Positions 34,275-43,820 of a stretch of 64,000 bases of DNA are shown here, piece after piece. Within the stretch, counting starts at the first letter, position 1, and every line of letters starts with the position of its first letter. A program made the translations under genes and the position numbers. The DNA comes from a virus. Below the pieces are notes generated by a model. That model saw only the letters and a list, made by a program, of their open reading frames with translations, was not told where the DNA came from and did not search any database. The stretch is from positions 1-64,000 of the IMG/VR virus record IMGVR_UViG_3300010883_024574; one strand, written 5' to 3'.

Positions 34275-35123
34275 ATGTCAGAAAAAATAATGGTTCTATA
34301 CCATGCAAACTGCCCTGATGGATTTGGTGCTGCTTGGTCTTTCTGGAGAAAGTTTGGAGCTAATGCTGAATATTTGCCTGTAGTTCATGGAGAAGAAGGA
34401 CCGGACGTTAAAGATCGTGATGTATTTATTGTTGACTTTTCTTATGACAGGGCTATAATGCTTGATATGGAAGAGAAGGCGAAAAGCCTAATTGTATTAG
34501 ATCACCATAAGTCCGCAGAAGAAACCTGTGGAGACTTACCGTTTTGTTATTTTGATATGAATCATTCTGGCGCTTATTTGGCTTGGAATCATTTGTTTCC
34601 AGATGATAATGTTCCTCTTCTGATCAAGTATGTTGAAGACAGAGATTTGTGGAAGTGGGAAATGCAGCATACAGAAGAAGTATTGTCTGCCGTAGATTCA
34701 TTTGAAAAAACTTTTGAGAATTGGGACATGCTGCATGGCTATCTTGATGCAGCAGAGTCCATTAGATGGAAGCGTGTAAAGAATATGGGGGAAGGGATAT
34801 TGCAGTATAAAAGAAATCTGATTAAATCTCTTCTTGAAAACTCTTATACTGAAAACATTTTAGGCACTGTGGTCCCGATTGTTAATGCGCCATTCTTCCA
34901 ATCGGAAATGGCATCTGATTTAGCAGAGGGCAATCCTTTCGCTGCCGCTTATTACTTCGATGGAGAAGGATATAAATTCTCCCTGCGTTCAACAGAAGAA
35001 GGTGAGGACGTTTCCAAGATTGCTGCCGCCTTTGGCGGCGGAGGTCATAAGAACGCTTCTGGCTTTAGAATAACTGATTTGTCCACACTAATTACCGGAG
35101 TAACTGATGGCTCAAGAGAATAA
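34275..35123 (+). CDS. DHH/DHHA1-family phosphoesterase
   Basis: YHANCPDG, VDFS, LDHH, EDRDLW, SLRS, GGGGHKNASGF. Confidence 0.92.
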   Translation: MSEKIMVLYHANCPDGFGAAWSFWRKFGANAEYLPVVHGEEGPDVKDRDVFIVDFSYDRAIMLDMEEKAKSLIVLDHHKSAEETCGDLPFCYFDMNHSGAYLAWNHLFPDDNVPLLIKYVEDRDLWKWEMQHTEEVLSAVDSFEKTFENWDMLHGYLDAAESIRWKRVKNMGEGILQYKRNLIKSLLENSYTENILGTVVPIVNAPFFQSEMASDLAEGNPFAAAYYFDGEGYKFSLRSTEEGEDVSKIAAAFGGGGHKNASGFRITDLSTLITGVTDGSRE

Positions 35124-35829
35124 GAGCAAAAGCCTTAAGCATTTGATTGAAGAGATCAAGAGTATTAGGGGACTTGCGTGGAATGAATTTCGCCCAAAGC
35201 TTGAAAAGCTTGCACAAGATGTAAAGAAAAAAGACTTTGAAAGACTATGTCTAGAAAGTGCTATTTTTAATGAAGCATTTTATAATTCCTCTGGAAGATA
35301 TGGGAGGGTTGATTGGGTTGCGACTAGGATCTTGGAATACCTGCTACCTCACCATGTAGAGGTTGGCGACAAGGCTCTTAAGAAATCTGAGATAGATTTG
35401 GTTAAATGCTTGGTTATTACCAATGGCATATATAAAGATATTTCGTCTATAGACGCGGTGGCTAAAAGCGGGAGCGGGGATAGTCAGGCTCTTGCGGCAA
35501 GCTTCTGTAGCATTAAGGTACTAAGAGCTTTAAAGGGCCATAAGAGTTCTAAGATTAGAAAGGTCTACTATAATAGGCTTGGTCCTGTTGAGTGTTTAGA
35601 TGAAATGCTTGGCGATAGTATTGCAGACATTAGGTATGAAGGAATTGCTAGAGCGCCATATTATTATGACAAATTAAAGACTTTGACAAAAGAGATTGCG
35701 CGTGGCCCATTTAGTCTTTTGATTAACAAGATCCCTCTTGACTACCTTCCTATGCTTGTAGCTAATAGAAATGTAAAAAATAGTTGGGTTTCTCAAAGAA
35801 TTGAAGAAAGAATTAACTCTGGAAGGTAG
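35107..35829 (+). CDS. alpha-helical HEAT/LRV-like protein, paralog of 3039
   Basis: by-eye alignment with 3039..3818. Confidence 0.6.
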   Translation: MAQENKSKSLKHLIEEIKSIRGLAWNEFRPKLEKLAQDVKKKDFERLCLESAIFNEAFYNSSGRYGRVDWVATRILEYLLPHHVEVGDKALKKSEIDLVKCLVITNGIYKDISSIDAVAKSGSGDSQALAASFCSIKVLRALKGHKSSKIRKVYYNRLGPVECLDEMLGDSIADIRYEGIARAPYYYDKLKTLTKEIARGPFSLLINKIPLDYLPMLVANRNVKNSWVSQRIEERINSGR

Positions 35830-35837
35830 GAGACATT

Positions 35838-36749
35838 GTGTCTGAAAAAATATTGAAGAAAGTGGCTTTTAATAACAAGTTTGATTTGGCTGATGATTTC
35901 ATTAGTACAGTTTTGAAGTTTGCAATACCACATGCTGTGAGCGATATAGACTGTTACTGGCGAACCTCTGATGCTGAAAAGATTATTTCTGATGTTACAT
36001 TTGGATACATTTGGGATAACTATCCAGACACTAGGAATGAGCTATTGAATGTAGTTCACAATGTAGCAAGTAAGCATACTAGAATAAAGTCTTTATCAAA
36101 AGACTTTTGTACAGATGTTGTAAAAAGGGTTTATAGTAACATTGAAGATAACGAATCTCTAGAAGATAATAGACTGAAAGTTAGACTCTTGCCGGTTGTT
36201 GACCCGCTTTATGATTATCTAGATAAGATGTGCAAGTTTGCTTTAGACTCTGAAAAAGAAAATTTGTTTACCATCTGGAGACAAGCCGGGCTATCATCCT
36301 CTACGGATGAAGCTTTCTTTGACTATCTCTGGAGCAAGGTAAAGAGGGAGAAGGGATCTGTTAACATTAAGATAAACATTCTTGATAATGCCTTTGACAA
36401 CGAGGCAGTTTCAGATTCTCTTTTAAAGAAGATTGCAAAGTCAAGCCCAAAAAATATCAAGAGGTTGGCGACAAGCAAGCTGTCTGGCTATATTGCAGAC
36501 CAAAAACATAGAATTCGAAAATTTGAAAGGGATAATACAAAAGAATCTTTGGCAACAGCAGCTTTTCTACAAGAAAAAGTTGCCAAAGTAGAAAGGAAGG
36601 CTATGTTATTTGTAGACTGTACTGATCGGGAAGTTGTTTCTAACTTGCTGGACTGTCTCTCTAAGGACAATCTACCTTGGCTTATGCCTTCTGCCTCAAA
36701 ACATTATTACCTTTCAAGAAGATTGCAAGATATGATAGAGGCCGAATAG
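35838..36749 (+). CDS. alpha-helical repeat protein, paralog of 22696
   Basis: AGGAG RBS with GTG start; C-terminal similarity to 22696..23595. Confidence 0.6.
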   Translation: MSEKILKKVAFNNKFDLADDFISTVLKFAIPHAVSDIDCYWRTSDAEKIISDVTFGYIWDNYPDTRNELLNVVHNVASKHTRIKSLSKDFCTDVVKRVYSNIEDNESLEDNRLKVRLLPVVDPLYDYLDKMCKFALDSEKENLFTIWRQAGLSSSTDEAFFDYLWSKVKREKGSVNIKINILDNAFDNEAVSDSLLKKIAKSSPKNIKRLATSKLSGYIADQKHRIRKFERDNTKESLATAAFLQEKVAKVERKAMLFVDCTDREVVSNLLDCLSKDNLPWLMPSASKHYYLSRRLQDMIEAE

Positions 36750-36762
36750 AACAGGAATTAAA

Positions 36763-36963
36763 ATGGTAAATCGTAATAATGTTATGTTAAAAATTCGAGT
36801 AACTAATACTGAAACTAAAGCTGTTCATATTCATAATAGAGTACCCTTAGAGCATGTAGAAACATTAAAAATGAACTCATGTCTTAGGATAGAGGTGTTG
36901 GGTCAATCCAAGGGGTACGATGATGATAGAAGATTTAAAAGGGATAAAGAAAGAAATAATTAG
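36763..36963 (+). CDS. hypothetical protein
   Basis: AGGA RBS. Confidence 0.6.
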   Translation: MVNRNNVMLKIRVTNTETKAVHIHNRVPLEHVETLKMNSCLRIEVLGQSKGYDDDRRFKRDKERNN

Positions 36964-37567
36964 CATTACAATATTATGTTGTATGATTCCGATGGTTGCT
37001 TACGCAGCTCCATACAGGCCAGCTTTTATTGAAGATTTATCAACAGTGGAAAGGCTCGATGAGAGTTTGAGTTTGGGTGATAAAGTTATTGATTTATCTA
37101 TTTCATACCAAACAAGTAATGGGCAGATTCCTTCGGCCCTCTACAAATCACACAGCCCAGAAAATATAAAGGGTTGGATTCAACACTCATGGCCTGTCTT
37201 TAAGAGTTTTCTGGCGCAATATGATATGCCGACTGCTGACTGTAGGCGTAATTATAATTTGAATATGTTTGTGGTAACGCCAACTATCATGGACGACAGA
37301 GATCGCTTTGAGGAAGCGCCTTGGTCAACTGATGTTATAAGGGGCAAAAATGACCGTATCTACGGCTATTACACCGCCACTAAAGAGATCAAAAACAACT
37401 CAACCATCTTGGTTACAGATTGGGTGGGTCATAGAGAAAACGTGATTCTGGTTCACGAAATGACTCATTATTGGTATGACAGAATGTGTCTTAGGCCTCA
37501 TTGGAAGGGATCTCCAGAACATTTTGCAAGGACTTTTCAAGCTTATTATGAAGTGAGGGCACCATGA
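36920..37567 (+). CDS. putative exported HExxH metallopeptidase-like protein
   Basis: signal-like N-terminus ending VAYA; ILVHEMTHYW with downstream E.FA. Confidence 0.6.
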   Translation: MMIEDLKGIKKEIISITILCCMIPMVAYAAPYRPAFIEDLSTVERLDESLSLGDKVIDLSISYQTSNGQIPSALYKSHSPENIKGWIQHSWPVFKSFLAQYDMPTADCRRNYNLNMFVVTPTIMDDRDRFEEAPWSTDVIRGKNDRIYGYYTATKEIKNNSTILVTDWVGHRENVILVHEMTHYWYDRMCLRPHWKGSPEHFARTFQAYYEVRAP

Positions 37568-38676
37568 AGATTTACACATCATTAACATTGAATGAATCAG
37601 GAGAGCCTCCATCCTTCGATGATGTTATGCTTGTCCCAAGGTACTCAACGATAAAGTCAAGATTAGACCCTAATATACAGGCCACTATAGGTAGCGACAC
37701 AACATTGGAAATGCCTATTATTTCTTCACCGATGGATACTGTTACAGGCTCGGATATGGCTATATCTATCGGGAGTCGAGGGGCTATGGGGGTGCTTCAT
37801 AGATTTATGTCTGTGAAGGAGCAGTCAGATGAAGTTATGAAGATAATTGAGTTTAATAGAAAGAGCGAGGGTAACCCCACTTGTTCAAAAGCCCCCGTTG
37901 TACCTGCTATTGGAGTTGGCAGGCCAGAGCGTGAAAGATTTAAATACTTGTATGATGAGTATGGAAGCTTATTGGATTGGGTGGCGATTGACATTGCCAA
38001 CGGTCACTCAGAGCATATGAGGGAAATGATTGATTGGGTCAGAAACATGTCTGATGACTCATTGCAAATCTTAGCTGGGAATGTTGCAACCGGAGAAGGT
38101 TTTGCTTTTCTTGCTGACTCTGGAGCCAATGCAGTTAGAGTGGGAATAGGCGGCGGTTCTATTTGCAAAACACGTATCATGACAGGCTTTGGAGTTCCAA
38201 CTTTGGCCTCTGTAATAGACTGTCGCAAAACAAAGGAATCTAATTTTAATTATAAAAATGTATCAATAATTGCAGACGGAGGCATTAAGTATCCAGCGGA
38301 TTTAGTTAAGAGTCTTGCAGCTGGCGCAGATGCGGTAATTGCAGGAAGAATCTTCGCAGGCACTTTGGAGTCTCCAGGCGAGATTGTTACCATAAACGGG
38401 AAAAGAATGAAGGTATATAGAGGCATGGCCTCTAAAGAGGTCCAGGATGATAGGAGAGGCGGATTAAGACCCGGCACTTGTGCCGAAGGAGTTTCTGCAC
38501 ATGTCCCTCTGAAAGGAAAAGCATACTATATATTAGAAGAGTTTTGTGGAGGCCTTAGGTCTGCTATGACTTATGCTAATGCAAGAAGTATAACTGAACT
38601 TAGAGAGAATTCTTTATTCATAAGGCTAACCTCTTCTGCGATAGAAGAGTCTCACGCCTTTGGAACGAAACAATAG
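37564..38676 (+). CDS. guaB: IMP dehydrogenase/GMP reductase family protein without CBS domains
   Basis: [55 protein letters not shown]. Confidence 0.9.
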   Translation: MKIYTSLTLNESGEPPSFDDVMLVPRYSTIKSRLDPNIQATIGSDTTLEMPIISSPMDTVTGSDMAISIGSRGAMGVLHRFMSVKEQSDEVMKIIEFNRKSEGNPTCSKAPVVPAIGVGRPERERFKYLYDEYGSLLDWVAIDIANGHSEHMREMIDWVRNMSDDSLQILAGNVATGEGFAFLADSGANAVRVGIGGGSICKTRIMTGFGVPTLASVIDCRKTKESNFNYKNVSIIADGGIKYPADLVKSLAAGADAVIAGRIFAGTLESPGEIVTINGKRMKVYRGMASKEVQDDRRGGLRPGTCAEGVSAHVPLKGKAYYILEEFCGGLRSAMTYANARSITELRENSLFIRLTSSAIEESHAFGTKQ

Positions 38677-38686
38677 GAGTATAAAC

Positions 38687-39040
38687 ATGGCAAATAATTT
38701 GTTTGAAAATGAAGTTTTAGAAAAGTTATCTTCAATTGAAGATAGGCTGACTAATATAGAAGATAAGTTTGAAGAAGCTACTGGTTTTGCAGATAGCCTT
38801 CTTTCAGATGAAAATAGTCTTTTTGGCACAGACGGTCTGAATTCTATTAAGGATACTCTTGCTGCGTTTATGCCGTCACAGATTGAGGGCAATATAGCAG
38901 AGTCTAATGATATAGACCCAAATACACTACAGGATTTGGTCGGCTCCTTAAAAGACTTTAGAGATAGGCTGTCAGGGATAAAGACTGCAATATCTGACCT
39001 GCCAGAAGGGGGCGCTGAATTACAAAATGATGATGGATAA
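38687..39040 (+). CDS. acidic coiled-coil hypothetical protein
   Basis: AGGAG RBS before ATG 38687. Confidence 0.7.
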   Translation: MANNLFENEVLEKLSSIEDRLTNIEDKFEEATGFADSLLSDENSLFGTDGLNSIKDTLAAFMPSQIEGNIAESNDIDPNTLQDLVGSLKDFRDRLSGIKTAISDLPEGGAELQNDDG

Positions 39041-39126
39041 TAGTTTTTTAAAATCTGTTTTTACATCGAATACAATAACCTGTGGAGGTTTCTCCATACC
39101 ATTGTTCTTGCTGAAAGGAGACAAAA

Positions 39127-40203
39127 GTGAATATTGATCAAACTAAAGAAATTTTGAAAACAATGCCGATGGATAAGTCCATCATGTTACATGCAAAGCA
39201 TGGAGTGGGTAAGTCGTCAGTTGTTCGTCAAGTTGCAGATGAGATTGCAGAAGAGTCTGGAAAGCCTTGTGGCTTTTGGGACGTTCGGCTTTCTCAGTGT
39301 GAGGTAGGCGACATTAAGGGTATGCCGCTACTGGATTCTAAGGAGGGGATTACTCGCTTTCTTAAGCAGGAATGGTGGCCTCGCGACCCAGATAGTTGTG
39401 GAATCCTATTCTTTGATGAGCTAAACAGGGCTTCAAAGGATGTTTTGCAAGCAGTGTTTGAGATCTGCTTGGACCGTCGTTTAGACGGAGAAGACTTGCC
39501 CTCCGGTTGGCGGGTTGTTGCTGCGGTTAATTCCGATGATGACTACGATGTAGTTGAGTTGGACCCCGCTTTGCACGATAGATGGTTTCACATCGACTTT
39601 GACCCCTCTGCGCTTGAGTGGATGGACTGGGCGCGTGAAACAGATGTGCATGAAGCCGTTGTTGAGTTTATTAACCGCAATCAAAACCTGTTAGACCCTC
39701 CTATTGGAAACCTTGAGGCAGGTCGGATTTATCCCTCTCGCAGAAGTTGGGTTGCTTTTAGCGACACTCTTATCGGTATGGGCTTAGATTCTCGCACAGA
39801 TGATGGTATGCTTACTCAAGTCACAAAGGGTTGGGTAGGGAGAGAGATTGCTGTGATGTTTCAGAAGTTTCTTACTAATGAATTCTCACACCTTCGTCCA
39901 AGTGACATTCTTGATGACTTTGAGAAGGTCAAGGACAAGGTAGAGGCGGCTTGTAATGATATTGAGGTTGTCGCCGCTTTGTCACGCTCTGTTGTTGCAG
40001 AGGTTAATGAACGGTCTTTGACCAAGACCAAAGAAAAGCAAAGAAAGAATTTGAGAGAGTTCTTTATGATGCTTCCAAACGATGTTGCATCGCAGGCTTG
40101 GGTCGCTCTGTTGGGCGGACAAAAGAGTAAGAAGATTGTGATGGAATGGCAGAATGATGAAGACTTCCGCGAACACTTGAAGAAGATTTACCTTTCTTCA
40201 TAA
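39127..40203 (+). CDS. MoxR-like AAA+ ATPase
   Basis: HGVGKS Walker A, LFFDELNRA Walker B, AAVN, LDPALHDR, PSRRSW. Confidence 0.92.
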   Translation: MNIDQTKEILKTMPMDKSIMLHAKHGVGKSSVVRQVADEIAEESGKPCGFWDVRLSQCEVGDIKGMPLLDSKEGITRFLKQEWWPRDPDSCGILFFDELNRASKDVLQAVFEICLDRRLDGEDLPSGWRVVAAVNSDDDYDVVELDPALHDRWFHIDFDPSALEWMDWARETDVHEAVVEFINRNQNLLDPPIGNLEAGRIYPSRRSWVAFSDTLIGMGLDSRTDDGMLTQVTKGWVGREIAVMFQKFLTNEFSHLRPSDILDDFEKVKDKVEAACNDIEVVAALSRSVVAEVNERSLTKTKEKQRKNLREFFMMLPNDVASQAWVALLGGQKSKKIVMEWQNDEDFREHLKKIYLSS

Positions 40204-40265
40204 CTTCATCCCCACGGGTCAGGCACAGGGTAATCAGGTGTCTATCTTTTATAGGAGACTAACGC

Positions 40266-41408
40266 ATGGCTAATACACAAATCAAAAACAGGCTAGAGTC
40301 GGCTATTTCAAAGCTGGTAACTTTTCAGCCTTTATATGGAGAGGTTTTTCTTCATCTAAACAAAAAGGAAACCACTAAGGTTCCAACTCTTGCGGTTGGT
40401 GTTATTCGCCGCGTTGACCTTGCTTTGTATTACAATCCAGATTTTATTGCAAAGCTATCTTCAACAGAGTTGAGAAGCGTCTTAAAGCATGAGGCACTTC
40501 ATATATTGCTTCATCACTTGACACGCGCAAAACATTTTGCATATAATCCTCGCGGATACAATATTGCTGCTGATTGCGCTATTAACTGTCATATTGAGGG
40601 GCTTCCAGAGGGGGCTTTGTACCCACATCTGTTTGACCTTCCTAGTAATGAATCGTCCGAATGGTACTATGAAAAGCTAAAGAAAGAAGCAGAGGATAGA
40701 GGTGGAGACTTTGATACCCTTGTTGAAGGCAAGGGAGATACTGTTGACGACCACTCTATGTGGGATGAGTTTGATGATGATATTGTAGAAGAAAAGATTA
40801 GAAATATTGCAGAAAAGGCAATTAAAGAGCAAGAGAAGAAGGGTTGGGGCAATATTGCCGGAAACCTTGCGGCACAGATTATTGCAGCTAATAAGCCAAT
40901 CGTTAACTGGAAAAAGGAAGTTAGATGGTTTATTAACAAGCTGATTATGATGGGCCGTAAGTCTACCCGTATGCGCCCCAATAGGAGGTATGGCATCACT
41001 TCCCCTGGGACTAAAAGGAACTATACAAGCAAGCTGTTGGTAGCCTTTGATACGTCTGGTTCGGTGTCTGATGAACAGTTGGAATACTTTGCTACTGAAT
41101 TAAATGGAATGATTGATCATGTAAAAGTGGACTTCATCCAGTTCGATACTCAGATCTATGACGACCCTAAACCTTTTAGCAAGAAGGCAGCAAAGATTGA
41201 TATTGTGGGTCGCGGAGGAACGTGCTTCTCTCCTGTCATTGAGTTAGCAGACGAGCTAAGATATGACGGACTGGTAGTGTTCACAGATGGATATGCGCCA
41301 TTTCCGTCCAAGCCAAAGACGAGAGTTTTATGGGCTGTCTGTGATCAGGATAGGGGCGTAGAGTTTCCTTATGGAAAGAAAGTAGTTATTGAACAAAAAA
41401 ATCGGTAG
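40266..41408 (+). CDS. metallopeptidase-like + VWA domain protein (DUF2201-like), MoxR partner
   Basis: KHEALH, NIAADCAIN, DDHSMW, DTSGS (MIDAS), GRGGT.F, FTDG. Confidence 0.9.
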   Translation: MANTQIKNRLESAISKLVTFQPLYGEVFLHLNKKETTKVPTLAVGVIRRVDLALYYNPDFIAKLSSTELRSVLKHEALHILLHHLTRAKHFAYNPRGYNIAADCAINCHIEGLPEGALYPHLFDLPSNESSEWYYEKLKKEAEDRGGDFDTLVEGKGDTVDDHSMWDEFDDDIVEEKIRNIAEKAIKEQEKKGWGNIAGNLAAQIIAANKPIVNWKKEVRWFINKLIMMGRKSTRMRPNRRYGITSPGTKRNYTSKLLVAFDTSGSVSDEQLEYFATELNGMIDHVKVDFIQFDTQIYDDPKPFSKKAAKIDIVGRGGTCFSPVIELADELRYDGLVVFTDGYAPFPSKPKTRVLWAVCDQDRGVEFPYGKKVVIEQKNR

Positions 41409-41413
41409 TATAT

Positions 41414-41447
41414 AAGGGTGGAGACATAAAGTCTCCACCCTTTTTTT
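41414..41447 (+). terminator. intrinsic terminator
   Basis: AAGGGTGGAGAC-ATAAA-GTCTCCACCCTT followed by a T run. Confidence 0.9.
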
Positions 41448-41466
41448 ATCCTTAAGGAGCTGATTT

Positions 41467-42669
41467 GTGATTCATGTAATATCTAAAACACATAGTAGAC
41501 TTGCAACTATAATAGTTGCTTTTGATGCAGGTGCAAGGTCTGAGTTAACCGGAGAGTATAATTCTGGTATTGCTCATATGCTTGAACATTCTTTATTTAA
41601 GGGCACAGAGAAAAGAAATAGTGTACAGATACAAAGGGAGATAGCATTTCTTGGCGGGCACTCAAATGCTTTTACTTCGCACGAAACTGTTGCTTATTAT
41701 ATAAGTGTCCCCTATGAAAACCTAGAGCCATGTATGGAGATTCTTTCTGATATGGTTTTCAATCCTATATTTCCAGAGGATGAGTTCCTAAAGGAAAGAG
41801 AAGTCGTTAAAGAGGAAGAGGTTTCTTCAAATGATGATCCATCAATGTATATATGGAGACAGTTTTCAGACGAATTCTTTGATAATTATTTAGCACTACC
41901 TGTGCTTGGAACACAAGATAGTATTTCAAAGTTTACAAACGATGAAGTTAAAAGGTTCCATTCTCAATTTTGCCAAAGAAAGGATGCTATAGTCTCAGTC
42001 TGTAGTATCTTGAAAAAGAAAGATATAAAAAATCTTTTAAATAAATATTTTGGAAAGCAAAATGGGAAAATAAAAAGATCTTATAAGTTTGATGATTCAA
42101 ACTATTTAGACTCTAGATACATAGAGCTTTTTAAGGGAGGTCTTGAGCACGCCTATGTTTGGCTGGGTATGCCCGCTGACAGCATGGGTTCAAAGTGGGA
42201 TGGTGCAATCCAGATACTTATGACTATCCTTGGCAGGGGAATGGATTGTAGGCTGTTTACAGAGGTGAGAGAGAAGCTAGGCTTGGTGTATGGCATATCT
42301 GCAAATTATACTGATTGGCAGACAGGCGGATTGACCATGATAGAATTCTCCACAAGAGAGGATAATATAGCAGAAGCACTTGATACTGTTGACAAGGAGC
42401 TGGAAGTGATTAAAACATATATGCCTACCGAGGAAGAAGTACAGAGAGCGAAGAATAAGATAAGATCATCTTTTTATGCAGCTATGGAAGATAGCTATAG
42501 CATTGCTTATTGGGAAACCAAAAGAAGGCTGTTTAACATACCGGAAATAGATGAGTATATGAAAAAGATTGATGCCGTAACAAGGCAAGATGTTCTTGAG
42601 GCAGCCAATCGAGTCTTTGATACAGATAAGCAATTGCTGACGGTATGCAGAGGACCCGATGATGGCTGA
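41467..42669 (+). CDS. M16 family zinc peptidase
   Basis: GIAHMLEHSLFKGT (HxxEH), NAFTS, ER.VV.EE, RLF.EVREK.GL.Y. Confidence 0.93.
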   Translation: MIHVISKTHSRLATIIVAFDAGARSELTGEYNSGIAHMLEHSLFKGTEKRNSVQIQREIAFLGGHSNAFTSHETVAYYISVPYENLEPCMEILSDMVFNPIFPEDEFLKEREVVKEEEVSSNDDPSMYIWRQFSDEFFDNYLALPVLGTQDSISKFTNDEVKRFHSQFCQRKDAIVSVCSILKKKDIKNLLNKYFGKQNGKIKRSYKFDDSNYLDSRYIELFKGGLEHAYVWLGMPADSMGSKWDGAIQILMTILGRGMDCRLFTEVREKLGLVYGISANYTDWQTGGLTMIEFSTREDNIAEALDTVDKELEVIKTYMPTEEEVQRAKNKIRSSFYAAMEDSYSIAYWETKRRLFNIPEIDEYMKKIDAVTRQDVLEAANRVFDTDKQLLTVCRGPDDG

Positions 42670-43372
42670 CGGTATTGATCTTTATGGGGACGGAATAGGG
42701 CAAGTAGAACTCGTTGACTATATGGGTTCTGACTTGACCGTAGTGAACAGTGCTCGTGTAAGCTTTGGGAGAACAAAACAAGAGTTAGACCATAAAGATA
42801 AAAGGCTTATTAAGTACCTAGTAAACCACAAGCATACCTCTACCTTAGAACATAATGTTGTTACCTTTCGCTTTTGTGTTCCTCTCTTTGTAAGAAGTCA
42901 ACACCATCGTCATAGGACTTGGTCATATAATGAAATCTCAAGAAGATATACAGACTTTGACATAAGGTTTTATAGCCCACAGATGTTCAGAACTCAACAC
43001 GAATCTAATAGGCAAGCTAGCAACGCAGACCAGATGGTTAATCCTTTGGTGTCATATCCAAGGGTTGATTACGCAGCTTGCGTTGCGTCTGACGCGGTGC
43101 AAAAGCATAGTGAAATAAGTTTATCGCTTTATAATAGACTTGTTGGTGCAGGGGTCTGTAGAGAACAAGCTAGAGGCGTTTTGCCCCAGAATATGTATAC
43201 AGAATATTATGGAACAGTAAATCTAAACAACTTATTAAAGTTTGTTGACCTAAGGCTTCATGAAGGAGCGCAGAAGGAGATTCAGGTGGTGGCTAAAGCT
43301 TGTTTGGATATTGTGTCAAATCTATGGCCAATCACGGTTGATGCCCATAGAGAGAGAACAACCCGCGATTAA
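42659..43372 (+). CDS. thyX: flavin-dependent thymidylate synthase
   Basis: NSARVSF, H.S.LEH, RHRTWSYNEISRRY, REQAR.VLP, AQ.EI. Confidence 0.96.
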   Translation: MMADGIDLYGDGIGQVELVDYMGSDLTVVNSARVSFGRTKQELDHKDKRLIKYLVNHKHTSTLEHNVVTFRFCVPLFVRSQHHRHRTWSYNEISRRYTDFDIRFYSPQMFRTQHESNRQASNADQMVNPLVSYPRVDYAACVASDAVQKHSEISLSLYNRLVGAGVCREQARGVLPQNMYTEYYGTVNLNNLLKFVDLRLHEGAQKEIQVVAKACLDIVSNLWPITVDAHRERTTRD

Positions 43373-43487
43373 GGTCGGACGAACCCTTCTGGGCAAAAGC
43401 TTCACAAGAATTCGCGCCGGGTTGTGTTTAATATTTAATTGATATTAATATGATTTTTAAGTATATATAATTTAGTCGGAGTAATAT

Positions 43488-43820
43488 ATGAGTATGGTTG
43501 ATTTGTTCCTTTTTACATTCGGATGTGCTGGTCTTACAGTAATCCTTGTATTAAGTTCGGTTTTAGAGCCAGTTAGAGATTTTGTTTCTTCAAAGTCTAC
43601 TTCTTTGGGGAAGTTAATTAATTGTACTATGTGTTCTGGTTTTTGGGTTGGGCTGGTGGCTGCACTTTTGACTGGAGTAAATCCTGTGTGGGGAGCGGCT
43701 ATATCTAGTTTGTTTAGCTGGAGTATTTCGAATATTGTAGAATCCTTTTTTGCAGTAGGAGTATACTTTGATTCAATGTTAGAAGAGGATGGAGAAGAAG
43801 ATGAAAGAATTGTTGAATAG
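43488..43820 (+). CDS. membrane protein with CxxC (DUF1360-like)
   Basis: hydrophobic helices; LINCTMCSGFWVG. Confidence 0.65.
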   Translation: MSMVDLFLFTFGCAGLTVILVLSSVLEPVRDFVSSKSTSLGKLINCTMCSGFWVGLVAALLTGVNPVWGAAISSLFSWSISNIVESFFAVGVYFDSMLEEDGEEDERIVE

